Source: Polyangiaceae bacterium (GTDB lineage Bacteria; Myxococcota_A; Polyangia; Polyangiales; Polyangiaceae). Taken from it: DNA of 64,000 nt. The translations under genes were made by a program, and so were the position numbers. Positions within the stretch are counted from its first letter, which is position 1; the number at the start of each line of letters is the position of its first letter. The notes under the pieces are model-generated. The model ran no database searches and was not told the DNA's origin. It saw only the letters and a list, made by a program, of their open reading frames with translations. Shown here piece by piece: positions 9,084 through 18,931 of this stretch. The stretch spans positions 1,728,001-1,792,000 of the forward strand of contig CBDCTZ010000016.1 in NCBI GenBank assembly GCA_965222375.1, written 5' to 3'.

Positions 9084-9776
9084 TCACCGCCCCGGCTGCG
9101 CGTTGCCCAGACGCAGCGGGGCGTCCAAGGCGGTCTCGAGGCGCTCCAGGTAGGCCGCGCGGGATATCGCGAAGGCTCCTAGGGACTCCAAATGTGGCGT
9201 GACGAACTGGACGTCAAAGAGCTGCACCCCAGCGGCAAACAAAGACTGAATCGCCGCGATCAGCGCGAGCTTGGACGCGTTGGACTCTCGGTGAAACATG
9301 CTCTCTGCCGCGAACAGGCCGCCTACTTGGACTCCGTACAGCCCACCCACCAGCGCCGGGCCGTGCCAGACCTCGAAGCTATGTGCGTTACCGCGCTCGT
9401 GTAGCTCCACGTAGGCTTCAATCATCTCGGGCAAGATCCAAGTGCCGCCCTCGCGCTCGGCGCAGAGCATCATGACGTGGCGAAAAGCGCGATTGCAGGT
9501 GACGGAAAACGACGCGCGCCGCAGCATGCGCTGCATGCTGCGAGAGATGTGTAATCGCTCCAAGCTCATCACCGCCCTAGGGTCCGGTGACCACCACAGG
9601 GGCGGCAATCCGACGTCGTACCAAGGAAAGATGCCACTCTCGTAGGCGCAGAGTAGGCGCGAAGGATTCAAGTCGCCGCCCACTGCGAGCAGACCGTCGT
9701 CGTCCGCGGTTCGCGGGTCCGGGAAGGCGTCTGGCGCCCCCACCCCCAAGAACACCGGTCTACGTCTACCCCGCAC
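9084..9776 (-). CDS. aat: Leucyl/phenylalanyl-tRNA--protein transferase
   Basis: GLLAVGGDL, AYESGIFPW, WWSPDPRAV, GGLYGV, ESMF and HLESLGA motifs. Confidence 0.95.
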   Translation of the reverse strand: MRGRRRPVFLGVGAPDAFPDPRTADDDGLLAVGGDLNPSRLLCAYESGIFPWYDVGLPPLWWSPDPRAVMSLERLHISRSMQRMLRRASFSVTCNRAFRHVMMLCAEREGGTWILPEMIEAYVELHERGNAHSFEVWHGPALVGGLYGVQVGGLFAAESMFHRESNASKLALIAAIQSLFAAGVQLFDVQFVTPHLESLGAFAISRAAYLERLETALDAPLRLGNAQPGR

Positions 9777-9814
9777 GCCTTTCAGGATAAACCATGGCGG
9801 CGCAGCACGCTCGC

Positions 9815-10717
9815 TCAGGGCTCGGAGAGATGCGCGTCCAGGGCGTCCAAGCTGTCGAGGGCGACGAATCCCTCGGGCAAATCCAGCTCGGGCACGCGGC
9901 GGCCCCCCACCAAGACAGTCGATTGGGCCGGCATCTCCTCGGCGATGGCAGCGAGTTCTGCTTCCGCTTTGGACTTGCTCAAACTCACGATGGAAAGCAG
10001 CACTCGCTGGGCCCCGGAGCGTCGCGCAGCATCCGCGATCTCGGACGCTGGCAAGTTGGGGCCCAAATACACGCTGCGGTGGCGGCGCATGGCCGCAAGC
10101 AGCGCGGCCATGAGTGCGCCGAGTTCATGCAGTTCACCGGCTGGAGTGGTTGCGATGCATGTCGCCTCGGTTTCTTTCGGCTGTAGGGTCCGAAGCAGAC
10201 CGCTCAAGTGCCCCCGCACCAGCGCGGTAGCTGCGTGCTCCTGAGCCACACAAAACTCTCCCGCTTCCCAAGCCGAGCCCGTATGTTCCAACACTGGGAC
10301 GATCACCTTCTGCACGACTTCGAAGGGCGGCAGGATGGCGGTGGCGCGGAGCAACACCTGCTCCGCGCCTTCCACGTCGAGAGCCTCGATGGAGTCCAGA
10401 TAGCGCTTCACGAAGGTCTCGGAGCGAGTGTCGTCCAGTTGCGAGACGCGATGCTCGTCGAGTAGCCCGGACAGCTCTGAAACATCCAGGCGCGCCACAT
10501 TCGAGATGCTGTGCCCGTAGGCGAGCAAGGACTTGATCAGTCGCAATCGCGCGACGTCCGCGTCCGTGTACAGGCGGCCACCGGCTTCGGTTCGTTCGGG
10601 AGCTAGCGCATCATAGCGGCGCTCCCACGCACGCAGGGCGTGGGTGGTGATACCCACCATACGGGCCACGGTACCGATTCGGTACCTGGCCGGGCCGGCC
10701 CCGCTCTCGGGGATCAC
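9815..10717 (-). CDS. carH: MerR-family B12-binding transcriptional repressor (CarH/CarA-like photoreceptor)
   Basis: YRIGTVARMVG...LRAWERRY HTH; W-x9-EH (WEAGEFCVAQEH) and ExHxxG (ELHELG) motifs; last gene of the crt operon; GTGA overlap gives start 10717. Confidence 0.85.
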   Translation of the reverse strand: MIPESGAGPARYRIGTVARMVGITTHALRAWERRYDALAPERTEAGGRLYTDADVARLRLIKSLLAYGHSISNVARLDVSELSGLLDEHRVSQLDDTRSETFVKRYLDSIEALDVEGAEQVLLRATAILPPFEVVQKVIVPVLEHTGSAWEAGEFCVAQEHAATALVRGHLSGLLRTLQPKETEATCIATTPAGELHELGALMAALLAAMRRHRSVYLGPNLPASEIADAARRSGAQRVLLSIVSLSKSKAEAELAAIAEEMPAQSTVLVGGRRVPELDLPEGFVALDSLDALDAHLSEP

Positions 10718-11292
10718 GTCATCGTCCAAGCCGCGAGAGTCTCCGAGACGCCAACATAGCCGTCGAAATACCACGCCCACCACCCGACCATCATGATCAA
10801 GTGGCCCACGAAAATGCCGACGTGGCTCCACATCTCCACCCGATCCGCGCTCTGGGTCACATAGCGCCGCCAGTGGAAAACCTCGTCGATCAAGCTGTAC
10901 ACGAAGGACAGCACCGTGAGCACCATGGCTGGCACCCACAAGAGCTTCGTCGAGTAGGCCGCACACAGCAGCACGCAGCTGCCGACCCCGCAGAAGATCG
11001 TGATGCCATGCACCAAGCCTTCGCCCTTGCTGATCTCTTGTTTGTAGATCGTGCGATGACCAATGGTGTCGATGGCAATGCTCAGAGCGAAAATGGTCGC
11101 GCCGATGGGCACCATCCAGGCTTCGCCGGGATAGACAACTCCGTTGCTGTGCCCAAAGTACAGAAAACCACCGGTGCTGAAGACGAGCCCTAGCATGAGC
11201 CCGACCCAGCTGACGTATGCGCTCCAATCGGTCTTGTCGAACTCACGGGCTCGGCCTACGTAGACTGCGACTTCACCCGCAAAGGATGTCAT
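10714..11292 (-). CDS. His-rich integral membrane protein inside the crt operon, function unknown
   Basis: About 5-6 TM segments; DTIGHR, EGLVH, DEVFHWRR and EMWSH...GH motifs; overlaps both crtB and carH. Confidence 0.75.
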   Translation of the reverse strand: MTSFAGEVAVYVGRAREFDKTDWSAYVSWVGLMLGLVFSTGGFLYFGHSNGVVYPGEAWMVPIGATIFALSIAIDTIGHRTIYKQEISKGEGLVHGITIFCGVGSCVLLCAAYSTKLLWVPAMVLTVLSFVYSLIDEVFHWRRYVTQSADRVEMWSHVGIFVGHLIMMVGWWAWYFDGYVGVSETLAAWTMT

Positions 11293-12262
11293 CGGGAAAC
11301 CTCACGACTTTGGAAAGGGTTGCGCGTTGAAAGGGTGTGACTGAGCGCTTCGGAATGCTCAGGGCTTCGCGAGACACGGCGCGAAGCGCCAGGGCGAGTT
11401 TGCGGCGCTTGCTCACCACGGCGCGTCCAGCCAGCACGTTCAGATCCCGGCGCCGCAACTCCTCGCCGATCTCCGCGTACACCTGCGCCGCGGTGCGAAT
11501 CGAGACCGCCGCGCGAAAAGGCAAGTGCCACAAGCCCGCGTGCCCCGAGCGATAGTAGTGGTCCGCCGTACCCAGCAGCTGATCGAGGGCGCCGGCGAAA
11601 CTGCCCTTGAGTTCAGCCGGAAACGCCGTCCCGATGCGTGTCTGGAGCCCCGGCGCTCCGTGCGCTGCCAGCACGGAATCGGGCAGGTACAGGCGATCCC
11701 GCGTCCAATCTTCGGCCACGTCGCGGCAGATGTTCGTCAGCTGCATGGCCATGCCCAGGTGAGCGGCATGCACCAAGGCGCGCTGTTCGCGCACGCCGAG
11801 CACGTGGCACATCATCAAGCCAACGACGCCCGCCACGCGATGGCAGTACAAGAGCAGGTCGTCCATGTTGTTGTAGACCGCGCCGTTGACGTCCATCTCC
11901 ATGCCGGCCAGGAGCTCACGCGGGTACTCGGAATGGATCTGGCGCTCGAACGCAACGTGCTGAAACGCGCGTAACACAGGATCCGATTGCGGCGCGCCGG
12001 AATACACGTTTGCGAGCTCGGTCCGCAAGCGACGCAACGCAGGAATCGCTTGCGCTGGCGGAACGTCGTCAATGGCATCATCCACGCGGCGACAGTACGC
12101 ATAGACCGCGGCCGCCTCGTTCTGCGCTGTCGCTCCCAGGAGCCGTGAGGCTAGGTGGAAGCTTTTGCTGTGATGCGCCAGCGCACCACGGCACACCGCC
12201 AGATCGGCGGCTGCACTTGGGGTTGTGGCTCCAGGCAGCGTGAGGGCGATCTGCTGCGTCAT
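11273..12262 (-). CDS. crtB: Phytoene synthase
   Basis: HSKSFHLAS, YAYCRRVDDAID, YCHRVAGVVG and QLTNICRDVAED motifs. Confidence 0.95.
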   Translation of the reverse strand: MTQQIALTLPGATTPSAAADLAVCRGALAHHSKSFHLASRLLGATAQNEAAAVYAYCRRVDDAIDDVPPAQAIPALRRLRTELANVYSGAPQSDPVLRAFQHVAFERQIHSEYPRELLAGMEMDVNGAVYNNMDDLLLYCHRVAGVVGLMMCHVLGVREQRALVHAAHLGMAMQLTNICRDVAEDWTRDRLYLPDSVLAAHGAPGLQTRIGTAFPAELKGSFAGALDQLLGTADHYYRSGHAGLWHLPFRAAVSIRTAAQVYAEIGEELRRRDLNVLAGRAVVSKRRKLALALRAVSREALSIPKRSVTPFQRATLSKVVRFPDDILCG

Positions 12263-13794
12263 GCTGCAGCCTCGGAACGAATTCCAAAGTCCTCCAGGAC
12301 CAACTGGGTGGTGGCCTTCGCGGAATTGATCACGCCGGGGAGCCCTGCGCCCGGGTGGGTGCCGGCGCCGGTGATGTACAGCCCGGGGATCTTCGGATCA
12401 CGGTTGTGTGGCCGGAACCACGCGCTCTGGGTCAGCTTCGGGGCGACCGAGAAGGCGGAACCATTGTAGGCGGACAGCTCCGTCACGAAATCCTGAGGTG
12501 TGAACCAGCGTTTCGTGATGACTTCTTGCCGCAGATTCGGCATGTGTCGCTCTAGGGAGCCCAGGATGCGGTTAGCGTATTCGGGCGCCGCCTTGTTCCA
12601 ATCGATGGGCGCGTTGCCCAGGTGGGGCACTGGCGACAGCACGTAGAAGGTTCCGCAGCCCGGAGGCGCCAAGGACGGATCGGTCACGGTGGGCGCGTGA
12701 AGATACAGACTGAAGTCGTCGGGCAGCGTGCTGCCATGGAAAATGTCCTTCAGCAGCTCCTTGTAGCGCGGCCCGAATACGACCGTGTGGTGGGCGATGT
12801 CGTAGGTGCGCTTGGTGCCGAAGTAGAGAACGAAGAGCGACATGGACCAATCTGCGCGCTCTAGCTTTTTCGTCATGCGCTGGGCGTCGGTGTTCTCCGC
12901 GTACAGCTTGGAGTAAGTGTGGTGAAGGTCGGCGTTGGAGACGACGGCGCTGAAGGGCTCGCTCTCCCTCGCGTCGCTACTGACCCAGTGGATGCTGCCT
13001 TCCGCGCCAGTGTCGACGCGAATGCCGCGTACGGGCGTGGAGAGGCGGATCTCGCCGCCCAGCTCTTCGTATAGCTGCACCAGACCTCGCACCAAGGCGC
13101 CGGTGCCGCCGCGGGGGAAGAACACGCCCCACTTGCGCTCCAGGTAGTGGATGAGCGTGTAGATCGCGCTGGTTTCGAAGGGATTGCCGCCCACCAGAAG
13201 CGAGTGGAAGGACAGCGCTTGGCGGACATGCTCGTCCTCCACGAAGCGCGCCGCGGTGGAGTACACGCTTCGGTCTGCTCGCAGCTTGGCCAACTGCGGA
13301 GCGACTCTAACCATGTCCCGAAAGCGCAAGAACGGCGTCGCCGCAAGCTCCTCATAGCCCTTCGCGAAAACGTCCTTGGTGTAGTGCACGAAGCGCTGGT
13401 AGCCCTCAGCATCCTTCGGATTCCGCGCTTGGATCTGCGCGAGCATATCGTCGCCGTCCCCGGTGTAGTCGAAGCTGTCGCCGTCATCCCAAGCCAAGCG
13501 GTAGAAGGGATTGACGGGTAGGAGCTCCACGTAGCGATCCATGTCCCGCCCCGCGACCTGGTACAGCTCCTCGATGCAGTGCGGCGCCGTGATGACCGTT
13601 GGACCCGCGTCGAAGGTGAAGCCGTCTTGTTCGTAGACGTAGGCGCGGCCGCCGGGCTTGTCCCGAGCCTCGAAGACAACCGTCGAGGCTCCGGCAGCCT
13701 GCAATCGAATGGCTGCCGCAAGTCCGCCAAAACCGCTGCCGACCACGGCGACGCGCGCCGCTTTCGGATGACTGCCACTGATTCGATCAGACAT
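12259..13794 (-). CDS. crtI: Phytoene desaturase
   Basis: GSGFGG, FDAGPTVIT, LVGGNPF, YLHAPTVTDPSLAP and GAGTHPGAGLPGV motifs. Confidence 0.96.
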   Translation of the reverse strand: MSDRISGSHPKAARVAVVGSGFGGLAAAIRLQAAGASTVVFEARDKPGGRAYVYEQDGFTFDAGPTVITAPHCIEELYQVAGRDMDRYVELLPVNPFYRLAWDDGDSFDYTGDGDDMLAQIQARNPKDAEGYQRFVHYTKDVFAKGYEELAATPFLRFRDMVRVAPQLAKLRADRSVYSTAARFVEDEHVRQALSFHSLLVGGNPFETSAIYTLIHYLERKWGVFFPRGGTGALVRGLVQLYEELGGEIRLSTPVRGIRVDTGAEGSIHWVSSDARESEPFSAVVSNADLHHTYSKLYAENTDAQRMTKKLERADWSMSLFVLYFGTKRTYDIAHHTVVFGPRYKELLKDIFHGSTLPDDFSLYLHAPTVTDPSLAPPGCGTFYVLSPVPHLGNAPIDWNKAAPEYANRILGSLERHMPNLRQEVITKRWFTPQDFVTELSAYNGSAFSVAPKLTQSAWFRPHNRDPKIPGLYITGAGTHPGAGLPGVINSAKATTQLVLEDFGIRSEAAA

Positions 13795-14821
13795 AGCTGG
13801 CCTCCAGAATCTCCAACTGCGCTTTCAAGTGCGTGGTGACATGTGACCTTCCGGTCACCTTTTCAAGGCTGCTGTGAGCGCCCAGGAGCGTGGAGTGGAT
13901 GTGACCGGGAGCGTGGTCGCCGAGCCGCGCTCGCAACTCCTCCGCCAAGTACTCCGGGTGCCGATCGCGTTGGCTGACCTTGCGGCCCATCTGAGCCAGC
14001 TTGGCGTAGGACAGCTCGTCCAATTCTTGGGACAGCCACGCCCAGGGCCAGGTCGGCCGGGCGAAGATCAGATCTTCGTGCCCCTTGTGGCAGCGGGCTT
14101 CGCTCACGATGCCGCCCCAATCGTCAGCCATTTGCAGCCCCACGCCCAATGCGTGGCCGAACTGCGCTGCGGCGCGCGCGATCTCCGCGTTGGCTCCCGC
14201 AGCGACTGCACCGAGCTCCAGGGCCATGCGACCGAGCGCGCCCGTCTTCAGCGCGGTCGTGGTTCTCGTCACCGCAAACACGTCACGCTGGGCAAGCTCC
14301 GTGACGCGCACGGAAAGGTCCAAGGCCTGACCATGGTGAGCCGCGAATAGCGTGCGATCGATGATGCGACGCATCGACAGTTCTTGGGCTGGGTGTAGCT
14401 GCATGCGGCCCAGAAGTTCGTGGGGCCAGAAGTACAAGAAGGAGCCGGCGTTGAGGGCGCGCGCCGTCCCGTGCACCACGTGAAGCGCGGGTGCGCCCCG
14501 GCGGTAGGCGGATTCATCTTCGATGTCATCGATGATCAGCGAACCCGCGTGGAGAGATTCCACGATCGCGGGCACCTCGGGGGGCATGTCCCTGCCGCCG
14601 CCCAACTCGTAGGCTGCTGCAACGAGGCGGGAGCGAAACTCCTTCCCCGGCCGGGAGAGGAAGTCAGCCAGAGGCCCATACAGGGATTCAGACCAGCACT
14701 CCCAGGGAACGTCCTTGGCTTCGGCTCCAACCGTGCGCTGCAGATCTTCCGAATTGAAGTGTTCGTCCAGCAATTCGGACAGCAGAGTCCGTTTCGAGAG
14801 ATCCAGGGCGGCTTGGCTCAT
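13787..14821 (-). CDS. crtE: Polyprenyl (GGPP) synthase
   Basis: GKEFR, HAGSLIIDDIED, RRGAP, GQALDL, KT and LQMADD motifs; crt operon context. Confidence 0.85.
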   Translation of the reverse strand: MSQAALDLSKRTLLSELLDEHFNSEDLQRTVGAEAKDVPWECWSESLYGPLADFLSRPGKEFRSRLVAAAYELGGGRDMPPEVPAIVESLHAGSLIIDDIEDESAYRRGAPALHVVHGTARALNAGSFLYFWPHELLGRMQLHPAQELSMRRIIDRTLFAAHHGQALDLSVRVTELAQRDVFAVTRTTTALKTGALGRMALELGAVAAGANAEIARAAAQFGHALGVGLQMADDWGGIVSEARCHKGHEDLIFARPTWPWAWLSQELDELSYAKLAQMGRKVSQRDRHPEYLAEELRARLGDHAPGHIHSTLLGAHSSLEKVTGRSHVTTHLKAQLEILEASYV

Positions 14822-15963
14822 TGGGTTGCTCCTCCAGTCATGAATGACGAAATGCGAATTCCCTGCGGAGGTCGTCCGCAGAGAACCCGGGCACGGTCGA
14901 AGGCCGTGGTTTGATGGGCGTAGAAGCGGCGAATCGTCGGTACGCTCAGGCGGTAGAAGCGCTCCAGGACGTGCCAGCGGTCTTGCGGGGCGAACCCGTT
15001 GAAAAGCAGGCGGTTCAAGAAGGTGCTGAAGCGCAGTTGGCGCGCTTGCTGAGTCACCAGCTCATGGAATCGCTCGTCATGCACTCGGTCTGGGGTGCGA
15101 GTCGCGATGTGTTCCGCGAGCCGGGCTGCGACGGGGAAGCTGTAACCCGTCGTTGGGTGAAACCAGCCGCCGGCGTAGCCCGCCCGAAGGGGAGCCGCGC
15201 TTGCTCGGGGCGGCGGCGCGCGCAGGGGTAGAGGCAGAACACCTTGCTCCTGTCGCGTGATGGCCGAAACGGACAGCCTCTGGGAGAGGGCGTACGCCAG
15301 CACTTCGTTGCGCACATGCCCGGCGTCGAGATCCGGAGACGTCGAGAAATACGTGTCCTCGATCAGCACGCGGCGCGGGCTGAAGGGCAGCACATACATG
15401 AAGCGGAAGCCGTCACTCTGCGGCACCCGCGCGTCCATCAAGATGGGCGACTGGATGGGCGCATCACGATCCAGTTCCAGTTCCAGTCCCACGAACTTCT
15501 GCCAGCCGGAGACCTGTGCAGACCCCAGAGCGCTCGGGCCCCGAGAATCGACGACGAGCGTGGCGTCCAGGCAAGAGTCGTCGGAAAGAGTCACGCGAGT
15601 GGCAGAAACGTCCGTGACTTCCACCCCGAGCCGCAGGGACCAACCCAACTTGTTGAACAAGCCTTCGACATGCGTGCCGAGGCGCTCGCTGCTGACCGCG
15701 GCGTAGGCCTCGTCGAGTCGGCGGTGGAGGTTCGGGAAGTGAACGTCGTAGTGCTCGAAGCGATGCACCACCACGGGCTCCACGACGGACTGCATCGTCG
15801 GAGTCAGGTCGCCGGCGTGGAAGCACCACAGGTGGTTGCCGCCGACGCGCTCGCCACGTTCGACCATGGCGACTCGCAACCCCGGTTGGTGCTCGGCCAG
15901 GCCGAGGGCCACCAGCGCGTTTTGCAGCCCTCCACCAACCAAGACTGTGTCGAACTTGTCCAT
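14818..15963 (-). CDS. crtY: Lycopene beta-cyclase
   Basis: GGGLQN, GGNHLWCFH, WQKFVG, MDARVPQSDGFRFMYVLP, IEDTY and HPTTGYS motifs. Confidence 0.93.
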   Translation of the reverse strand: MDKFDTVLVGGGLQNALVALGLAEHQPGLRVAMVERGERVGGNHLWCFHAGDLTPTMQSVVEPVVVHRFEHYDVHFPNLHRRLDEAYAAVSSERLGTHVEGLFNKLGWSLRLGVEVTDVSATRVTLSDDSCLDATLVVDSRGPSALGSAQVSGWQKFVGLELELDRDAPIQSPILMDARVPQSDGFRFMYVLPFSPRRVLIEDTYFSTSPDLDAGHVRNEVLAYALSQRLSVSAITRQEQGVLPLPLRAPPPRASAAPLRAGYAGGWFHPTTGYSFPVAARLAEHIATRTPDRVHDERFHELVTQQARQLRFSTFLNRLLFNGFAPQDRWHVLERFYRLSVPTIRRFYAHQTTAFDRARVLCGRPPQGIRISSFMTGGATQ

Positions 15964-15967
15964 CACT

Positions 15968-16049
15968 CGTCTAATTCTTGTTTAAGATATGACTCGACAA
16001 TTGATGGGTGTCAAGCCATGATGTCTAAATGTTGTATAACTTTTCTGGA
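15968..16049 (-). promoter_or_regulatory. crt promoter with CarH-type operator (11-bp-phased TnnACA direct repeats) around a TTGACA -35
   Basis: Minus strand: TCCAGA (16049), TATACA (16038), TAGACA (16027) at 11-bp spacing; TTGACA (16014); TAAACA (15984) and TAGACG (15973) at 11-bp spacing. Confidence 0.75.
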
Positions 16050-16082
16050 TCGGGTCTCGAGCCTGGCTCCCGGCCCCTGCCC

Positions 16083-17006
16083 ATGGGCGGGTTTTCCGCG
16101 CTTTCTCGGCCCACCCTGCTGAATGTCGACGGGGTGACCCATCGCTACGGCGAGCGGGTGGCCCTGGACGATCTCCGTCTAGACGTGGTCCAGGGCGAGA
16201 CCCTCGGCCTGCTGGGGCCCAATGGCGCCGGGAAGACCACGCTGATGAGTCTGATGAGCGGGCTCTTGGCGCCCCAGCAAGGAACGGTGGAGCTACTCGG
16301 CGTTGGCCAGCCCCGCCGGTCAGCGGCTCGTCGTCAGTTGGGCTTCGCGCCGCAACGCTTGGCGCTCTACGAGGAATTCAGCGCCGAGGAGAACATCCGC
16401 TTCTTCGGGCGGCTCTTCGGCCTATCGGGCTCGCAGCTCAAGACGAGGGTCGAGTGGGCACTCGGCCTGGCCGAGCTGACCTCCCGGCGTCGGGATCGGG
16501 TTCGAAGCTTTTCCGGAGGCATGCAGCGACGCTTGAACCTGGCTTGCGCCGTCGTACATGCGCCGCGCTTGGTCCTCCTCGACGAACCTACCGTCGGTGT
16601 GGATCCACAGTCTCGGGATCACATCTTCGCTTCCCTGGAGCGCCTCAAAGCAGATGGCCACACCATCGTCTACTCCACCCACTATATGGAGGAAGCGGAA
16701 CGACTCTGCGATCGTATCGCTGTGATCGACGCCGGCCGCGTGCGAGCCTGTTGCTCCCTGGATGAGCTGCTCGAGGCGCACGGTGGTGGCTACCGAGTCA
16801 TCGCCAGTCTGCATAGTGCGCCGCCGGAAGACCTGGCGGCTCCCGTCTATCGCGACGGGCGCGCGGAGTGGCCCCTGGCAACCGCCGCAGCTGCTGCACA
16901 ACTCGCGGGCCGTCTCGGACCCTACGTTTCGCAGCTCAGCATCGCACCACCCAGCCTGGAGCGGGTCTTCTTCAACTTGACCGGACACTATTTGAGGGAC
17001 GAATGA
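16083..17006 (+). CDS. ABC transporter ATP-binding protein
   Basis: GPNGAGKT, FSGGMQRR, LLDEPT and STHYMEEA motifs. Confidence 0.92.
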   Translation: MGGFSALSRPTLLNVDGVTHRYGERVALDDLRLDVVQGETLGLLGPNGAGKTTLMSLMSGLLAPQQGTVELLGVGQPRRSAARRQLGFAPQRLALYEEFSAEENIRFFGRLFGLSGSQLKTRVEWALGLAELTSRRRDRVRSFSGGMQRRLNLACAVVHAPRLVLLDEPTVGVDPQSRDHIFASLERLKADGHTIVYSTHYMEEAERLCDRIAVIDAGRVRACCSLDELLEAHGGGYRVIASLHSAPPEDLAAPVYRDGRAEWPLATAAAAAQLAGRLGPYVSQLSIAPPSLERVFFNLTGHYLRDE

Positions 17007-18067
17007 ACGCCATCTGGATCGCCATCAAAGACCTTCGGCTCTTGGTCCGAGATCGGGTTGCCGTGTTCTGGGTCCTCGGTTTTCCGCTCATTTTCGCGGT
17101 CCTCTTCGGCGAGGTGATCGCTTCCGCCTCGGAGCAGGACGAACGCACGTCAGACTTGGTGGTCGTGGATCAGGCGCAGACGGAAGCTTCCGCCAAGATC
17201 CTGAAGGTGCTTCAAGACGATGAGCGCCTGGATGTCGTCACTGCCGACGCCGCGGCCGCCCAGAGCGCCGTGCGGCGCGGAAGCCGGCTCGCATACCTGG
17301 TCATCCCCGCGCAGGGCGGGCCGCTGGAGCTTGGTGTCGATCCAACACGTACCTCCGAAGCGGCGATGCTCACGGGCAAGATCTCCAAAGCCATTGCTCC
17401 GCCCACGCCTGCCGGCGCGGGGTCGCCTGGCATCGATTTGATACGGGTCGGTTCCAACGGAAGCGATGGGCGCTCGGTAGCGTTTCCCGCGGCTCTGCTC
17501 TGGAGCCTGTTGGCATGCGCGGCGACGTTTGCCGTGAGCCTTGCCGCTGAACATGCATCCGGCACAGAGCTCAGGTTGCGCGCGGCTCCGATCTCTATTT
17601 CGTCCATCCTAGGGGGCAAGGCTTTGGCCTGCCTGCTCGCCTGTCTGTTCGGCTCGGCCTTGCTGGCGATTGCTGGCCGACTGATCCTCGGCATCATGCC
17701 GGGCAGCGCTGTCGCCGTCGCCGCCGCACTGTTCTGCGCATCGGTCTGCTTCGTCGGGCTGATCTTCTTGCTCGGGTCGATCGGTGGCAGCCAGCAGGCC
17801 GTGGCTGGCGCGGGCTGGGCTACGCTCATCGTCTTCGCCATGATCGGCGGCGCGATGGTGCCGCTATCGGCGCTGCCGGACTGGCTCGCGCCCATCAGCC
17901 ACATCAGTCCGGTCAAATGGGGCATCGTAGCCCTAGAAGGGGCGTACTTTCGGAGCTTCAGCGCCCGCGAACTCTTGCAGCCTTGCGCTGTGCTGCTGGC
18001 CATGGGCGCGGGCGCGGGTCTGTCAGGGTTGGCGCTGATGTCGCGGCGTTTCTCCAGCGGCACGTGA
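17003..18067 (+). CDS. ABC-2 type transporter permease
   Basis: MNAIWIAIKDLRLL; six-TM ABC-2 layout; ATGA overlap with the ATPase. Confidence 0.88.
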   Translation: MNAIWIAIKDLRLLVRDRVAVFWVLGFPLIFAVLFGEVIASASEQDERTSDLVVVDQAQTEASAKILKVLQDDERLDVVTADAAAAQSAVRRGSRLAYLVIPAQGGPLELGVDPTRTSEAAMLTGKISKAIAPPTPAGAGSPGIDLIRVGSNGSDGRSVAFPAALLWSLLACAATFAVSLAAEHASGTELRLRAAPISISSILGGKALACLLACLFGSALLAIAGRLILGIMPGSAVAVAAALFCASVCFVGLIFLLGSIGGSQQAVAGAGWATLIVFAMIGGAMVPLSALPDWLAPISHISPVKWGIVALEGAYFRSFSARELLQPCAVLLAMGAGAGLSGLALMSRRFSSGT

Positions 18068-18171
18068 GGCTCGTTTCCTGAGTGAATTCAGCAGGGCGCG
18101 AAAAGTTCGCTCTGCGTGAAACTGCCCGGGCAAGCTCGCCCTGCTTGGAAGGTTCGCGTTAGCATTGCGGC

Positions 18172-18915
18172 ATGGCGTCGCATCCGCGCGCGATCGAGCC
18201 GCGGCATGTCGGGTTGACGTTGAGTCTTCGTTGTAGTGCATGCGGCCGTCCGGCGCCCGCAGTTGGCCTCGACCAACCCGCCGCCTGTGGCTGCGGCCAG
18301 ACGACTGGGGTCCCCTCGACTCTCTGGTCCGAGGTGTTGGATCGGGCGGACTTGTCCAGCTACGAATCCACGCCCGGGCTGACTGATCAGTTTGAGCTCC
18401 AGGCCTCCACAGGTGCCGCGGAGGCGACGCTTCTGGTGGGCGAGGCGGTTTGCGAATGCGGCGCAGCTCTGCCGCTCCCGGAGATCGGCAGCACGGAGCT
18501 AGTCACTTGCCGCAAAGGCGCCCACGGCTTTCGTAGCATGCCCGTGCCCATGGTGGTGCGTGAGTCCGTGCCGACGGCTTTGCAGGTCACTCGCCCCGAG
18601 CCGCCCAGCGGCGCCCGCTTCTGGGTCACGTTTCACGGCACGCCGCGGGCGATTCGAGAACAACACAAGGCGAGCCTGGAAGCGGCGATCAAGGACCGCG
18701 CCGCACCGCTCTCGGTTCCGTCCTCCACGGGCCCGGTAAGCCTGCAGATGTCGTCCTATCAAATCGCCAAGCAGGCCGGCCCCAAGAAGAAAGAACGGGC
18801 GCCTCCATGGGTTATCGTGCTGGTGCTGCTCACCGCCGGAGCCGGGCTGGCCTGGTATTTCGCCGGACAAATGAGGAGCAAATCTCGAGGGGCATTGGTC
18901 GAAGACCCGCTATAG
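18172..18915 (+). CDS. Hypothetical protein with CxxC pairs and a C-terminal TM segment
   Basis: CSAC, CGCG and CECG motifs; PPWVIVLVLL anchor. Confidence 0.6.
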   Translation: MASHPRAIEPRHVGLTLSLRCSACGRPAPAVGLDQPAACGCGQTTGVPSTLWSEVLDRADLSSYESTPGLTDQFELQASTGAAEATLLVGEAVCECGAALPLPEIGSTELVTCRKGAHGFRSMPVPMVVRESVPTALQVTRPEPPSGARFWVTFHGTPRAIREQHKASLEAAIKDRAAPLSVPSSTGPVSLQMSSYQIAKQAGPKKKERAPPWVIVLVLLTAGAGLAWYFAGQMRSKSRGALVEDPL

Positions 18916-18931
18916 AGTCGCACGCAGCCCC

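Noticed and set aside
9815..11227. 470-aa version of the MerR/B12 regulator
   Set aside because: The extension overlaps the real upstream membrane gene in another frame; the GTGA overlap supports start 10717.
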